Shown here: positions 11,551 through 21,459 of the stretch, piece after piece
How the letters are laid out: each line of letters begins with the position of its first letter
How positions within the stretch are numbered: the stretch's first letter is position 1
Source of the DNA: Myxococcota bacterium
GTDB lineage: Bacteria; Planctomycetota; UBA1135
Direction of reading: 5' to 3'
NCBI GenBank assembly: GCA_047638975.1
Contig: JBLINB010000001.1
Span: 50,981 to 114,980, forward strand
DNA: 64,000 bases
Program-made: the position numbers and the translations under genes
Notes under the pieces: generated by a model
The model's input: only the letters and a program-made list of their open reading frames with translations
What the model was told of the DNA's origin: nothing
Databases searched by the model: none

Positions 11551-12273
11551 ATGGCAAAGATTAAAGGTCGCGTCATTGTTGACGGCGCTATTGCTGCTGC
11601 CGTCAACATGGGTCGCGACGAAGCGCTGCTTGAATTGCAAAGCGTGCCGACTTTAAGATTTTATCGTTGGCTCAACCCGACTTTATCTTTAGGTTATTTT
11701 CAAAGCTCTAGCGATTTAGATCTAGACGCCGCGCGCCAACGTGGATGCGATGTCGTGCGCCGCTCAACTGGTGGTAAAGCGATTCTGCACGAGCACGAAT
11801 TAACTTATTCGGTATGCGCTCCTGAAAGCGGAGCCTTAAGTGGTGGTCCAGCAGCGATCATGACTGCCATTCATGATGCCCTGGCAAACGAGTTAAGCCG
11901 CCAGGCTCAGCAAGATGTTTTTATCCGCCAGCAAACCGCGCTTAGCTCAGACATAAAAGATAGCGCGTGGTGCTTTGAAGATTCTTCACCGCTCGACATT
12001 TGCTTGAATAATAAAAAGCTATTAGGCAGTGCTGCGCGCCGCAAAAACAAGTGGGTGCTACTACATGGTTCCTTAGTCTTAAATGCACCACGCGAAACAC
12101 CCGACATCGCCGCTTTGGGCTTCGAACCCGATATCGAAGAGTGCGTCAGCGCCCTCTCGGCAGCCCTAGACATCGAGTTTACCCAGCAGCCATGGACGGC
12201 CGACGAACTAGCTTTAGGCGATAAGATTGCTGCCGACAAATACGCTAGCGAAGAGTTCTTATACAAGAGGTAA
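11551..12273 (+). CDS. Lipoate-protein ligase family protein (BPL/LPL catalytic domain only)
   Basis: RRSTGGKAILHEHELTYS matches the LplA-type catalytic motif. It starts immediately after the gcvPB stop. Confidence 0.7.
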   Translation: MAKIKGRVIVDGAIAAAVNMGRDEALLELQSVPTLRFYRWLNPTLSLGYFQSSSDLDLDAARQRGCDVVRRSTGGKAILHEHELTYSVCAPESGALSGGPAAIMTAIHDALANELSRQAQQDVFIRQQTALSSDIKDSAWCFEDSSPLDICLNNKKLLGSAARRKNKWVLLHGSLVLNAPRETPDIAALGFEPDIEECVSALSAALDIEFTQQPWTADELALGDKIAADKYASEEFLYKR

Positions 12274-12304
12274 TCTGCCACTTGCGCATTGTTAGAATTT
12301 AGCG

Positions 12305-13084
12305 ATGCAGGCATATCTTGATTTAGCAAAGGACATCCTTGAGAATGGTGAAGATCGACAAGATCGAACCGGGGTGGGAACACGCTCCATATTTGGCGCA
12401 CAAACTAAATACGATCTACGCGAGGGCTTCCCGTTACTCACTACTAAGAAGGTGCTGTTTAATGGCATCGTGCGCGAACTGTTGTGGTTTTTAAAGGGTT
12501 CTACCAATATCAACGAGGGCCTTAGCGAGTACACGCCGATCTGGGATGCATGGGCCGATGACAACGGCGACTTGGGTCCGATTTACGGGCACCAATGGCG
12601 CAATTGGGGAGGACTAGGCATCGATCAAATCCGTAATGCGATTGACGAGATTAAAAACAATCCTAATTCGCGACGCATCATCGTCAACGCCTGGAATGTC
12701 GGCGACTTGCCGGAAATGAATTTGCCGCCGTGCCATTTACTGTTTCAATTCTACGTTGTCAACGGCCGTCTTGATTGCCAACTCTATCAACGCTCTGCCG
12801 ATGTTGCGCTCGGAGTACCCTACAACATTGCGAGTTATGCGTTGCTAATGATGATGGTTGCAAAGGCTACTCACCTCGAAGCTGGCATTTTCACGCATAC
12901 CATGGGTGACGCCCATCTTTACCTCAACCATATAGATGGCATCGAGCGTCAGCTACAGCGCGACACCTTCGACTTACCGCAAGTGACGATTGCCGACAAA
13001 GATATCGACGACATCTGTTTCGAAGACATCGAGCTGCATAACTACTCGCATCATCCATTTATCAAATTCGAAGTAGCTGTATGA
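12305..13084 (+). CDS. thyA: Thymidylate synthase
   Basis: DRTGVGT, LPPCH and the rest of the ThyA family signature. Confidence 0.92.
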   Translation: MQAYLDLAKDILENGEDRQDRTGVGTRSIFGAQTKYDLREGFPLLTTKKVLFNGIVRELLWFLKGSTNINEGLSEYTPIWDAWADDNGDLGPIYGHQWRNWGGLGIDQIRNAIDEIKNNPNSRRIIVNAWNVGDLPEMNLPPCHLLFQFYVVNGRLDCQLYQRSADVALGVPYNIASYALLMMMVAKATHLEAGIFTHTMGDAHLYLNHIDGIERQLQRDTFDLPQVTIADKDIDDICFEDIELHNYSHHPFIKFEVAV

Positions 13085-13584
13085 GTTTTGCAATTGTAGC
13101 AGCGGTCGACAATGAAAACGGCATCGGTAAAAATGGCGATCTGCCATGGCGGCTATCTGCAGACTTAAAATATTTTGCGCAGCTAACTAAGCAAACAGAC
13201 GGTTTACCACCAACAGTCATCATGGGCCGCAAAACCTACGACTCGATACCTGACACATTTCGCCCCTTGCGCGCACGCCGCAATGTGGTCATTAGTCGTC
13301 AACACGACTTAATCTACGATGGCGCTGAGGTGGTGCATTCCTTGCAGCAAGCACTCGATTTGGTGGCGCCAGACACAGCGCCGATCTTCGTTATTGGCGG
13401 CGGACAGATTTATAGCGAAGCCATCATGCACCCCGCCTGCCGTGAACTCTTCATTACTCACGTCGACACCAATGCCAACTGCGATGTGTTCTTCCCCGAT
13501 TATTCGCGTTTCAAGCAGGTTTCAGCGGCAAAAACGCTGACTGAAGAGCATATTTCTTTTCGATTTTGCCATTGGAGCCTATAG
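13081..13584 (+). CDS. folA: Dihydrofolate reductase
   Basis: [17 protein letters not shown]-terminus and VIGGGQIY. There is a 4-nt ATGA overlap with thyA. Confidence 0.88.
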   Translation: MSFAIVAAVDNENGIGKNGDLPWRLSADLKYFAQLTKQTDGLPPTVIMGRKTYDSIPDTFRPLRARRNVVISRQHDLIYDGAEVVHSLQQALDLVAPDTAPIFVIGGGQIYSEAIMHPACRELFITHVDTNANCDVFFPDYSRFKQVSAAKTLTEEHISFRFCHWSL

Positions 13585-13620
13585 ATTTGGGGTAGTATTC
13601 ATATAACAGATTGTACTCAA

Positions 13621-14853
13621 ATGATTTCCATCCGCCAAATAACTGCCATCATGTGCCTGACAGCACCCACATTGTCGGCGCAAACGACCTATTTATCCGA
13701 AGACTTCACTAACGGGGTTCCCCCTGCTGGTTGGACTAGAACACAAGTAAGCGGGTCTAATGGTTGGATAAGTGGCGGTACTCGCGCTTGGCACGAAGAC
13801 GAAGCCAATGGTTTGAGTTGCGACTCATATCTGATTTCGCCTATTATCGATTTGTCTACTGCGACAAATGCCTATTTGCACTTTGCCGGGGAGACCTACT
13901 ATACAACCTACTTAGCGAACCACCCTACCAGTTCCGGCGATGGCGTTAGCACCATAGAGGTCTCAACCGATGGCGGTATATCATGGACAATCCTTTGGAC
14001 CGATACCTCGCAAAACAATAATGATACCTACGCCCCTAACCTTGGGCTTAACGCCTATATCGGCAGCAGCAATGTTCAGGTTAGCATGCATTACTACGGC
14101 ACCTTCGCGCACGAATGGTGGGTCGATTACCTCATCATCGATGACTCTCCGGTACCCACTTTAGCGCAAGCGACCAACCCTGATAACGGCCACCCCTACA
14201 CACTACTTGGCGCTTCCGACTTCGCTAGCGCACAGGCAGTCGCGCAAAGCATGGGTGGGCACCTCGTGTCAATAACCGATTTGGCAGAAAACACTTGGGT
14301 GCGTAATGAGTTCAGTACCATCGCTGGCGTCAACGACAACTTATGGTTGGGCTACACCGATGTGCAAGTCGAAGGCACTTTCGAATGGTCAAATGGTGAA
14401 GTTACAGGTTACACAAACTGGCAATCCGGAGAACCCAACAACTCTGGTAATGAAGATTACGTCCAAATGAATACGAGTAATGGTTTATGGCAAGATGTAG
14501 ATGGCATCGTCATGGGGCACGGAATTGTTGAGATATCCGAGCCAAGCTTGCAAATAACACCGCTAGTCGCCGGAGGACTCGCTACCTTTACCAGCGGTAG
14601 CTTCCCAAGCGGATCACGACTGGTATACATTGTTTCAATTAATGGCGCGGGCCCATCAAACACCCAATTTGGTGTACTTTATGTAGACCTAGACATCATC
14701 TCGCCATTTTTCCCTGACAATAATGGGTCGCATAGCATTAGCACCTATGTTCCGTCTGGCCTAGGTGGGTCCACACTATATGCCCAGACCGTAGTGTTTG
14801 AGCCAGATGGTGACGTGACCCTATCAAGACCGATCGCCGAACCGATTCAATAA
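13621..14853 (+). CDS. Secreted protein with a C-terminal cysteine-free C-type lectin-like domain
   Basis: Signal peptide, then a canonical CTLD block WLGYTDVQVEGTFEWSNGEVTGYTNWQSGEPNNSGNEDYVQMNTSNGLWQDVDG. The EPN and WND-like positions are present, but all conserved cysteines are replaced. Confidence 0.6.
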   Translation: MISIRQITAIMCLTAPTLSAQTTYLSEDFTNGVPPAGWTRTQVSGSNGWISGGTRAWHEDEANGLSCDSYLISPIIDLSTATNAYLHFAGETYYTTYLANHPTSSGDGVSTIEVSTDGGISWTILWTDTSQNNNDTYAPNLGLNAYIGSSNVQVSMHYYGTFAHEWWVDYLIIDDSPVPTLAQATNPDNGHPYTLLGASDFASAQAVAQSMGGHLVSITDLAENTWVRNEFSTIAGVNDNLWLGYTDVQVEGTFEWSNGEVTGYTNWQSGEPNNSGNEDYVQMNTSNGLWQDVDGIVMGHGIVEISEPSLQITPLVAGGLATFTSGSFPSGSRLVYIVSINGAGPSNTQFGVLYVDLDIISPFFPDNNGSHSISTYVPSGLGGSTLYAQTVVFEPDGDVTLSRPIAEPIQ

Positions 14854-14858
14854 AAAAA

Positions 14859-14886
14859 CTGCTGAAAGCGTGAAAGCTTTCAGCAG
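14859..14886. terminator. Bidirectional terminator hairpin between the CTLD gene and tRNA-Gln
   Basis: Perfect 11-bp stem CTGCTGAAAGC-gtgaaa-GCTTTCAGCAG flanked by an A7 run upstream, which is a U-run for the minus-strand tRNA transcript. Confidence 0.6.
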
Positions 14887-14891
14887 TGATT

Positions 14892-14966
14892 TGGCTACCC
14901 GGCAAGGACTTGAACCTTGAATGTCTGTACCAAAAACAGATGTGTTACCGATTACACCACCAGGTA
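14892..14966 (-). tRNA. tRNA-Gln (anticodon UUG) with encoded CCA
   Basis: Manual fold of the reverse complement. Acceptor TACCTGG/CCGGGTA (U1:A72) with G73. D-arm GTGT-AATCGGTA-ACAC. Anticodon arm TCTGT-TTTTGGT-ACAGA, which gives UUG. T-arm CAAGG-TTCAAGT-CCTTG, then CCA. Confidence 0.85.
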
Positions 14967-14996
14967 AGTGGCGCAAATTCTAGCAGAATTATTTAG

Positions 14997-16163
14997 TTAG
15001 CGCAATACCAAGCGTCCTTGCATTGCTGAAAATAATAGATGCAAAGCGTCGCGCACCGATTGCCGCTGAATACGCGGACGTCCACCCAAAATGTATTGCT
15101 GGCGAGTCATACTATAGACGCCGTCAGCGCCGGCAATCGCCAAGCACACCGTACCCACGGGTTTATCTAGAGTGCCGCCACCAGGCCCAGCTACGCCAGT
15201 TACCGACACCGCGTAGTCTGACTTAGATTTATTGCGAGCGCCTACTGCCATCGCGCATGCGACCTCTTCTGAGACCGCCCCATATTGCTCTATCAAACCG
15301 GCATCGACGCCTAGACGCTGCTGTTTGGCCTCGTCAGAGTAGGTGACCCACGAGCAATGAAAGACCTGGGAGGCACCAGGGATATCAACTATTGCTGCCG
15401 CTACTTGTCCGCCGGTGCAAGATTCGGCGCAGGCCAAAGTCACCCCAAGCTCGCGCGCTAATTCCACTACCGACTTGGCCAAAGTGATATCGCCCTCGCC
15501 CCACAACCATTGCTGTAGTTTCTCTGTAATTTCTTCACGGCAACGCTGCAAATAATAATCTGCCGTATGCTTAGCATCTGGACGCGCCAGCAATGAAATC
15601 GTGACACCCTGCTCACTCGCCGTAATACCTAATTGCGGATTCGCTGTCTCTTCAAAGAGCGCGCTAATACGATCGGCAAGATTGGATTCGGTCGTTCCTA
15701 TAAAGTGCATGGTGTGGTAAGACACCTTTAATACATCCGGAAATAGTTTACTTAAGATTGGCTTAACGCTTTGCGCGAATGTTTGATGACATTCTATGGG
15801 CGGCCCTGGCAATGCGATATAGCGGCAGCCGCCTTCGAGTACGACCATCGCCCCATCAGCGCTTCCGGCAGGGTTATTGAGTGCCGTAGGGGTTAGCCCT
15901 AACTTAGTAATCTCATCGAGAACGCGATCGTCTGCTGTAGGCCCAAGACCACCACTAGAGATGATTAAATCGAAGTTAGGCGCCAACTCTTGTAGTTGCT
16001 GCATCAGTTGCCCCGGCGCATCAGACGTGCAGCGCTGGTGGCTAACCGCCAGCGACATACTTAATAGCTCGGAGCCTAGATATGCCGAATTTGTGTCGCA
16101 GATACGGCCGTTCAGTATCTCGTCACCGATGGACATCACGCAAACTCGTGGAGACTCAATCAT
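14997..16163 (-). CDS. cinA: CinA family protein (MoCF-binding domain plus nicotinamide-nucleotide amidohydrolase domain)
   Basis: N-terminal MSIGDEILNGRICDTNSAYL and a C-terminal CinA domain. Confidence 0.8.
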   Translation of the reverse strand: MIESPRVCVMSIGDEILNGRICDTNSAYLGSELLSMSLAVSHQRCTSDAPGQLMQQLQELAPNFDLIISSGGLGPTADDRVLDEITKLGLTPTALNNPAGSADGAMVVLEGGCRYIALPGPPIECHQTFAQSVKPILSKLFPDVLKVSYHTMHFIGTTESNLADRISALFEETANPQLGITASEQGVTISLLARPDAKHTADYYLQRCREEITEKLQQWLWGEGDITLAKSVVELARELGVTLACAESCTGGQVAAAIVDIPGASQVFHCSWVTYSDEAKQQRLGVDAGLIEQYGAVSEEVACAMAVGARNKSKSDYAVSVTGVAGPGGGTLDKPVGTVCLAIAGADGVYSMTRQQYILGGRPRIQRQSVRDALHLLFSAMQGRLVLR

Positions 16164-16936
16164 GCTTTGTTCTTCTTTTGAAAGCGCATCAGCACGATGC
16201 CGAGTTCGAACAGGATTATGGTTGGCAGCGCCATCAGTATTTGAGTGTATGGCTCTGGCGGAGTCAACATTGCGCCTATAACAAAAGCCACTAAGATAAA
16301 GTGACGGCGATATTTACTAAAGAATTTTGCGTCGACTAAGCCAGATGCTCCGAGCCCCAGCATAAGTATCGGCAGCTGAAAAATCAAAGACAGCGAAATG
16401 GTGAATAACATAAACACCGAAAAATAATACTCGAGTCGGTACGACTGAATAACCAACTCGGGGTTTGGCATTGCGTATAAGAACTCGAGGATTGTTGGGA
16501 TCATAAACAGATAACCAAACGCGATGCCGACTGCCGCAAAGCACAATGAAAACGGTACGTATTTCAAAACGGCTAGCTTTTCATTTTTATACAAACCGCT
16601 TGAGATAAAGCGCCACAGTTGCCATATCAAAAATGGGAATGCCAGCAAAGTCGCTGAAAGTAAACTTACTTTCAAAGTGTATAAGACATCTTCGAATGGC
16701 GAGTGCAGTGCCAAACGTGGTTCAATCACCACCGGAGGATCGTGCTTCGCCAGTGCCGTTACGGCTTCTAAGTGCGGGCGCATGAACAGCTCTTTGAGCA
16801 AACCTGAAAAGCCCACCCAGCCCGTGAGAAACAACGCACCAATAACCAGCAAGCTCTGACCTAAGCGCTTACGCAATTCATCTAGGTGCCCTCCAAGGGG
16901 CATCTTTGCAGCGGGGTCTGATTCAGGCATCGACAA
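16160..16936 (-). CDS. tatC: Twin-arginine translocase subunit TatC
   Basis: LGGHLDELRKRL N-terminus and a six-TM profile. There is a 4-nt overlap with cinA. Confidence 0.85.
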   Translation of the reverse strand: MSMPESDPAAKMPLGGHLDELRKRLGQSLLVIGALFLTGWVGFSGLLKELFMRPHLEAVTALAKHDPPVVIEPRLALHSPFEDVLYTLKVSLLSATLLAFPFLIWQLWRFISSGLYKNEKLAVLKYVPFSLCFAAVGIAFGYLFMIPTILEFLYAMPNPELVIQSYRLEYYFSVFMLFTISLSLIFQLPILMLGLGASGLVDAKFFSKYRRHFILVAFVIGAMLTPPEPYTQILMALPTIILFELGIVLMRFQKKNKA

Positions 16937-16954
16937 TAGGGTAATCTATTTTCA

Positions 16955-16992
16955 AAGAAAAAAGGGGCTGTCGACATAAAATCGACAGCCCC
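16955..16992 (-). terminator. Intrinsic terminator after the coiled-coil gene
   Basis: GGGGCTGTCGAC-ataaaat-CGACAGCCCC preceded on the plus strand by an A-run, so U-run on the minus strand. Confidence 0.6.
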
Positions 16993-17009
16993 TCGTGTTG
17001 TGGTCTAGA

Positions 17010-18230
17010 TTATAGACCTAACCATTGACCCCAATCGCGCTGTGGAATGATTTCGACAGACATCGATGTAGCAGCCTTATGGGATGCGTAGCTGCCCCAT
17101 GGCATGATTTCGCCAGTATCTTCATCGAAGAATGCGGTACCAAGCAGTAAGAAGTCTGTTTCGACACTAACCTCTTCACGAACCATGATGCCAATTGCTT
17201 GCAACTTAGAAACCATATCGTTCTTATTGTAAAGACCGAATCCATCGCCGAGTAGTGACACTACGAGTTGGCGGCTAGGATCAAACACAGCATTCACCAA
17301 TACGTCGTTTTCACGGATAGGATCATACTTGTCAGCAGTGCTGAGGATTGTCGCGCGTGACTTGTTAGCCTCTACTGCAACAACACGTACACGACCTTTA
17401 ACACTATTCGTGTTGGCGTTACGTACTTCGAACTCCATTCCGGAGACTAGACGCTGGTTGTAGCCAAGGTCGATCCAAGCATTTTCTGGACCAACAGCCA
17501 AGACGGAGCCGTCGTTAGAATCAACACGGCGGTCGACGCTGTTCAGGCGACTAGACAAGATGTCATTACGCTGAGTTAAGTAGGCTAAAGATTTACGTGA
17601 GTCGCGAGACTGCTGATCTAGCAAATCGCGCACATCCGTTATCTCGCCCTGCAACTCGCGCATTTGATCGCGTAGTCCGTCACGTTGGCGTTCTAGGTCG
17701 CTGATCGTGTTATCTTTAGCATTACGCATATCTTCCTGATCAGTACGCAAACCTGTGATAGTCATATCACGTTCGCGCTGAGTTGTCGCAGCCGCAGTTT
17801 TGCGTGCCGTCAAGTCAGAACGTAGTTGATTGATCTCTGTTTGTAGTGCATCGCGCTCGCCGATAACGGCCTCGTACTTAGCAATTACAGGAGAAGCTAC
17901 ATCTTCGATGCGCTTGACCGTGCCAGAATCAAGGTTAAAGCGACTGATGTACTCTTTAACTTGACTATCTATGGCCTCTGCAGAAACGTTCTTGCCTTCG
18001 GCATCAGAGAAACCAAGCATTTGGAAATCTGCTGAACGATCATTACGCAGATTAGTAATGTCCGTCTTCAGAGTAGCAACGTCGGCTACAGCAGTTTCGC
18101 GTTCTTCCGTCGCTATGGTTAACTGGTCATTCTGAATGAATGCGAAACCTAATGAAAGAAACATGATAACCGCGAACGCGATTACCCACATTAAGCTGAC
18201 TTGTGCAGCGCCTCGATTTGATTGGTACAT
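17010..18230 (-). CDS. Membrane-anchored coiled-coil protein with a C-terminal globular domain, function unknown
   Basis: N-terminal TM segment, about 200 aa of heptad-like charged repeats and a C-terminal beta-rich domain. No recognisable catalytic motif. Confidence 0.4.
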   Translation of the reverse strand: MYQSNRGAAQVSLMWVIAFAVIMFLSLGFAFIQNDQLTIATEERETAVADVATLKTDITNLRNDRSADFQMLGFSDAEGKNVSAEAIDSQVKEYISRFNLDSGTVKRIEDVASPVIAKYEAVIGERDALQTEINQLRSDLTARKTAAATTQRERDMTITGLRTDQEDMRNAKDNTISDLERQRDGLRDQMRELQGEITDVRDLLDQQSRDSRKSLAYLTQRNDILSSRLNSVDRRVDSNDGSVLAVGPENAWIDLGYNQRLVSGMEFEVRNANTNSVKGRVRVVAVEANKSRATILSTADKYDPIRENDVLVNAVFDPSRQLVVSLLGDGFGLYNKNDMVSKLQAIGIMVREEVSVETDFLLLGTAFFDEDTGEIMPWGSYASHKAATSMSVEIIPQRDWGQWLGL

Positions 18231-18327
18231 GAGCTAGATTGCTATTAGAGTAGTATCCTAAGAAAGGATTGGCATAGAATTTACGCTTGCGCTTGGGATG
18301 GGTCAAGGCACTATAAGGGAAGCATTT

Positions 18328-18990
18328 ATGACTACCCCTCCTCAACAGCAAAAATTCATCAGTATCGGGCTCGCCGGCGGCATCGGATCAGGAAAATCCA
18401 CTGTTGCGCGGGAAATATGTAGTGCCGTGGACGGCCAGCACATCGATGCTGACGCGATTGTGTCTAAATTATTACAAGGTGAGGCACTAGTAAATAGCAT
18501 AGTTGGAGCCTTCGGAGGCGAAGTCTGTGATGACTTAGGCAATCTCGATCGTGCAAAGCTAGGTAAAGTGGTCTTCGCCAATGAAGATTTACGACTAAAA
18601 CTAGAATCTATGCTTCACCCTCTAGTGCGCGAAAATATTATTACAGAAATTTCTTTTTTAGCCAGTGAGCTGCCAAATGGCATCATACTTTTGGATATTC
18701 CACTGCTCTTTGAGGGCGGACTCAACAAATTATGCGACCTAGTCGTATTTGTCGACACTCCTGATGAGCAACGTGCTGCACGTGCTTGCCAGCGACATAA
18801 CTGGTCTATTGAAGATTGGCAGGCCCGTGAAAAAATGCAGATGTCGATTGCGTCCAAAAAGTCGTTGGCAGATGTTATTGTATGTAACGACACTACCTTA
18901 AGCGCGCTTCGCAAGCAAATAGAACTTTTAGTTCCGCGCCTTAAGAATCTGACGCCGCGCACATTATCTTCGCGCTGGCCGCAAACCTAA
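18328..18990 (+). CDS. coaE: Dephospho-CoA kinase
   Basis: ISIGLAGGIGSGKST P-loop at the N-terminus. The start was taken at the internal ATG at 18328. Confidence 0.85.
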   Translation: MTTPPQQQKFISIGLAGGIGSGKSTVAREICSAVDGQHIDADAIVSKLLQGEALVNSIVGAFGGEVCDDLGNLDRAKLGKVVFANEDLRLKLESMLHPLVRENIITEISFLASELPNGIILLDIPLLFEGGLNKLCDLVVFVDTPDEQRAARACQRHNWSIEDWQAREKMQMSIASKKSLADVIVCNDTTLSALRKQIELLVPRLKNLTPRTLSSRWPQT

Positions 18991-19006
18991 AAATAGCACC
19001 ACACAC

Positions 19007-20458
19007 ATGGCCGCATCAAATCAACGCAGACGCAAACCACGCCGTCGTCGCCGTCGCCGAAGCACTCAGCAACGCCCTAACAACCAAACTTTTGCTGAAA
19101 CACAGTTACCACCGCGGCCTGAAAATGAGTGGGTGCAAAAAGACATTAAGTCTTTTGCGACTAAGCGCAAGAAAGCTGAGTTTCAATTATCTACTTTCAT
19201 CAAGCTAGATTTGCCCGACCTGCAAGACCTTGCTGAAAAAGCAAATGTTGAAGATGCACTCGGCTTGCAGCGTGGCGAACTATTACGCCGCTTGATTCGT
19301 GCACAATTCGCCGAAGGTCAAGTGTTCTTCACAGAAGGTGTACTCGAAGTGACCACCGACGGTCATGGTTTCTTACGCCATAACGCAAACGATTACACGC
19401 CCAACTTTGATACCGATGCTCTGTTGCATAAGCAGTTGATTGAAAAGTACCATCTGCAAGCAGGTCAAATCGTAGCTGGCGTATTGGCGCCGTTGCCAGA
19501 AGAAGAAGGCCGCGAAGACATGTTAGTGCTGCATGAAGTATTAACTGTATTCGGCGAAGATCCTGAGAAACAATTCTCGAATGTTCCGTTTCACGACTTA
19601 ACGGCGCTCTATCCAGAAGAGCGATTACGTCTAGAGACCGACAAAGAGACTACCGAGACACGTATCATCGATTTGGTATCCCCAGTCGGCAAAGGCCAGC
19701 GCGGATTAATCGTTGCCCCACCGCGTACCGGCAAAACGGTACTGCTGCAAATGATTGCTAATGCGATTTGTACTAACTACCCTGAATGTCACTTGATGAT
19801 ATTGTTGGTAGACGAACGCCCCGAAGAAGTGACTGACTTTGAACGCTCAGTGGTTGGCGAAAATCGCGAGATTGCCGCAAGTACTTTTGATGAGCCGCCC
19901 GAGCGCCACATTCAGGTCGCCGAGCGTGTTATCGAACAGGCTAAATCTAGAGTTGAGCAAGGCGAAGATGTTGTAGTTCTACTCGATTCGATTACGCGAC
20001 TTGCGCGCGCTTACAACAATTGCGCTTCATCTAACTCTAAGATAATGAGTGGTGGCCTAGTTTCTGATGCCTTGCTAAAGCCGAAACGTTTCTTTGGCGC
20101 GGCACGTAACATCGAAAATGGCGGCTCTCTAACCATCTTGGCGACTGCATTGATTGATACCAATTCAAAGATGGACGAAGTCATTTTCGAAGAGTTTAAA
20201 GGTACCGGCAACATGGAGCTGGTGCTTGACCGCACTTTGGCCGAGCGCCGCGTCTGGCCTGCTATCGGGATTAACCCGTCTGGCACGCGTAAAGAAGACT
20301 TGCTGTTCACTAAAGATGAATTGCAGCGCGTGTATTTGATGCGCAAGGTCTTGAACGAGATGAATCCTGTCGAAGCCATGGAATTACTTGTGCAACGCAT
20401 CCAAACTTCAGCGGATAACCTTGAGTTCCTGGACCAATTGTCAGGTGGTAATAAATAA
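19007..20458 (+). CDS. rho: Transcription termination factor Rho with an Arg-rich N-terminal extension
   Basis: GFLRHN RNA-binding domain, Walker A APPRTGKT and the C-terminal helicase core. The N-terminus is MAASNQRRRKPRRRRRRRS. Confidence 0.9.
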   Translation: MAASNQRRRKPRRRRRRRSTQQRPNNQTFAETQLPPRPENEWVQKDIKSFATKRKKAEFQLSTFIKLDLPDLQDLAEKANVEDALGLQRGELLRRLIRAQFAEGQVFFTEGVLEVTTDGHGFLRHNANDYTPNFDTDALLHKQLIEKYHLQAGQIVAGVLAPLPEEEGREDMLVLHEVLTVFGEDPEKQFSNVPFHDLTALYPEERLRLETDKETTETRIIDLVSPVGKGQRGLIVAPPRTGKTVLLQMIANAICTNYPECHLMILLVDERPEEVTDFERSVVGENREIAASTFDEPPERHIQVAERVIEQAKSRVEQGEDVVVLLDSITRLARAYNNCASSNSKIMSGGLVSDALLKPKRFFGAARNIENGGSLTILATALIDTNSKMDEVIFEEFKGTGNMELVLDRTLAERRVWPAIGINPSGTRKEDLLFTKDELQRVYLMRKVLNEMNPVEAMELLVQRIQTSADNLEFLDQLSGGNK

Positions 20459-21459
20459 TGAAACTCAATCTCTTATTCGTACTGCCAAGCTCTTCCGAGG
20501 TGGCACGCGGCAACTCTACTACGGCCAAGCGCTTGGCCAAGGGTCTGATTTCACGCAAGCACTTGGCAACCATTGTTGACGTTAGCGAGCTTGATAACGT
20601 TAAAGAAAAGTTCGACTTAGTTATCGCTTGTCACGCCGTTAATTCAGCGCCAAAAGTGAAGCAATGGTGCGCAGCGAATAACTGCCAATACGTTGTGCTG
20701 TTTACAGGTACCGACTTAAATGGCAAGCCTTCAAAGCAAGTCATCGAAGCTATCGAAGCCGCCGAGCATTGCGTTAGCCTAGGCGCTGGCGCCGGACGCC
20801 GTGCTAAAGATCTGTTCGAATGCTGTCGTGGTAAAACGACAATCATTCCGCAAGCTGTTTTGCCGTTGCCACGTTCTACGGCCAACGACTTGCCGAAGAG
20901 CATGCCCGCTCTTAATAATGAAAGCGAGCTGGTATTAGTACCGAATGGCATCCGCTCTATAAAGAATGTTAGCGAAACGCTATCCGATTTAGTGTTATTA
21001 GCTAAAGAGCGCCCGCAGATGGTGGTTTGCTTTGCAGGTCACGATTTCGGCGGAAAATATTCTGATGAGTTTATGGCTGCACTGAAAAAGCAGCCATGGG
21101 CGCATTATTTAGGCAACTTAAGCACACTTGAATTTTCGGCTGTCGTCAACAAATCCAAAATTGCGCTTAGCTCTAGCCACTCAGAAGGCGGCGCACCGAA
21201 TGCCTTACTTGAATGCATTGCCGCAGGGCGTCCAGCGCTGGGTAGTGATATTGCTGCGCACCGCGAATTGCTTGGCGGAGAAAACTGTTTTGCATACGGC
21301 AAAGATCTGCGTCGCAAAGTGCGAGCGATTCTTGAAGATCCGCAACAGGCGATGCTAACGATACGCAAACTCGAAGAGAAGGTGCGTTTCAAGCATGGCA
21401 TCAATGCCGAATCACTAGGCTGGGATCGACTGCTACTTACGTTGACTAAAGGCTCTTAA
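20458..21459 (+). CDS. Glycosyltransferase family 4-like protein
   Basis: C-terminal EGGAPNALLECIAAGRP (EX7E-like motif). There is a TAATG overlap with rho. Confidence 0.6.
   Translation: MKLNLLFVLPSSSEVARGNSTTAKRLAKGLISRKHLATIVDVSELDNVKEKFDLVIACHAVNSAPKVKQWCAANNCQYVVLFTGTDLNGKPSKQVIEAIEAAEHCVSLGAGAGRRAKDLFECCRGKTTIIPQAVLPLPRSTANDLPKSMPALNNESELVLVPNGIRSIKNVSETLSDLVLLAKERPQMVVCFAGHDFGGKYSDEFMAALKKQPWAHYLGNLSTLEFSAVVNKSKIALSSSHSEGGAPNALLECIAAGRPALGSDIAAHRELLGGENCFAYGKDLRRKVRAILEDPQQAMLTIRKLEEKVRFKHGINAESLGWDRLLLTLTKGS

Noticed and set aside
13621-14853. Diversity-generating retroelement target, since C-type lectin folds are DGR variable proteins
   Set aside because: The domain is the animal-type CTLD and not the FGE-like DGR type. 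No reverse transcriptase, template repeat or Avd gene is present in the window.
14892-14996. Genomic island integrated at tRNA-Gln
   Set aside because: Both flanks are housekeeping (thyA-folA-CTLD on one side, cinA-tatC on the other). There is no integrase and no direct repeat of the tRNA 3' end.
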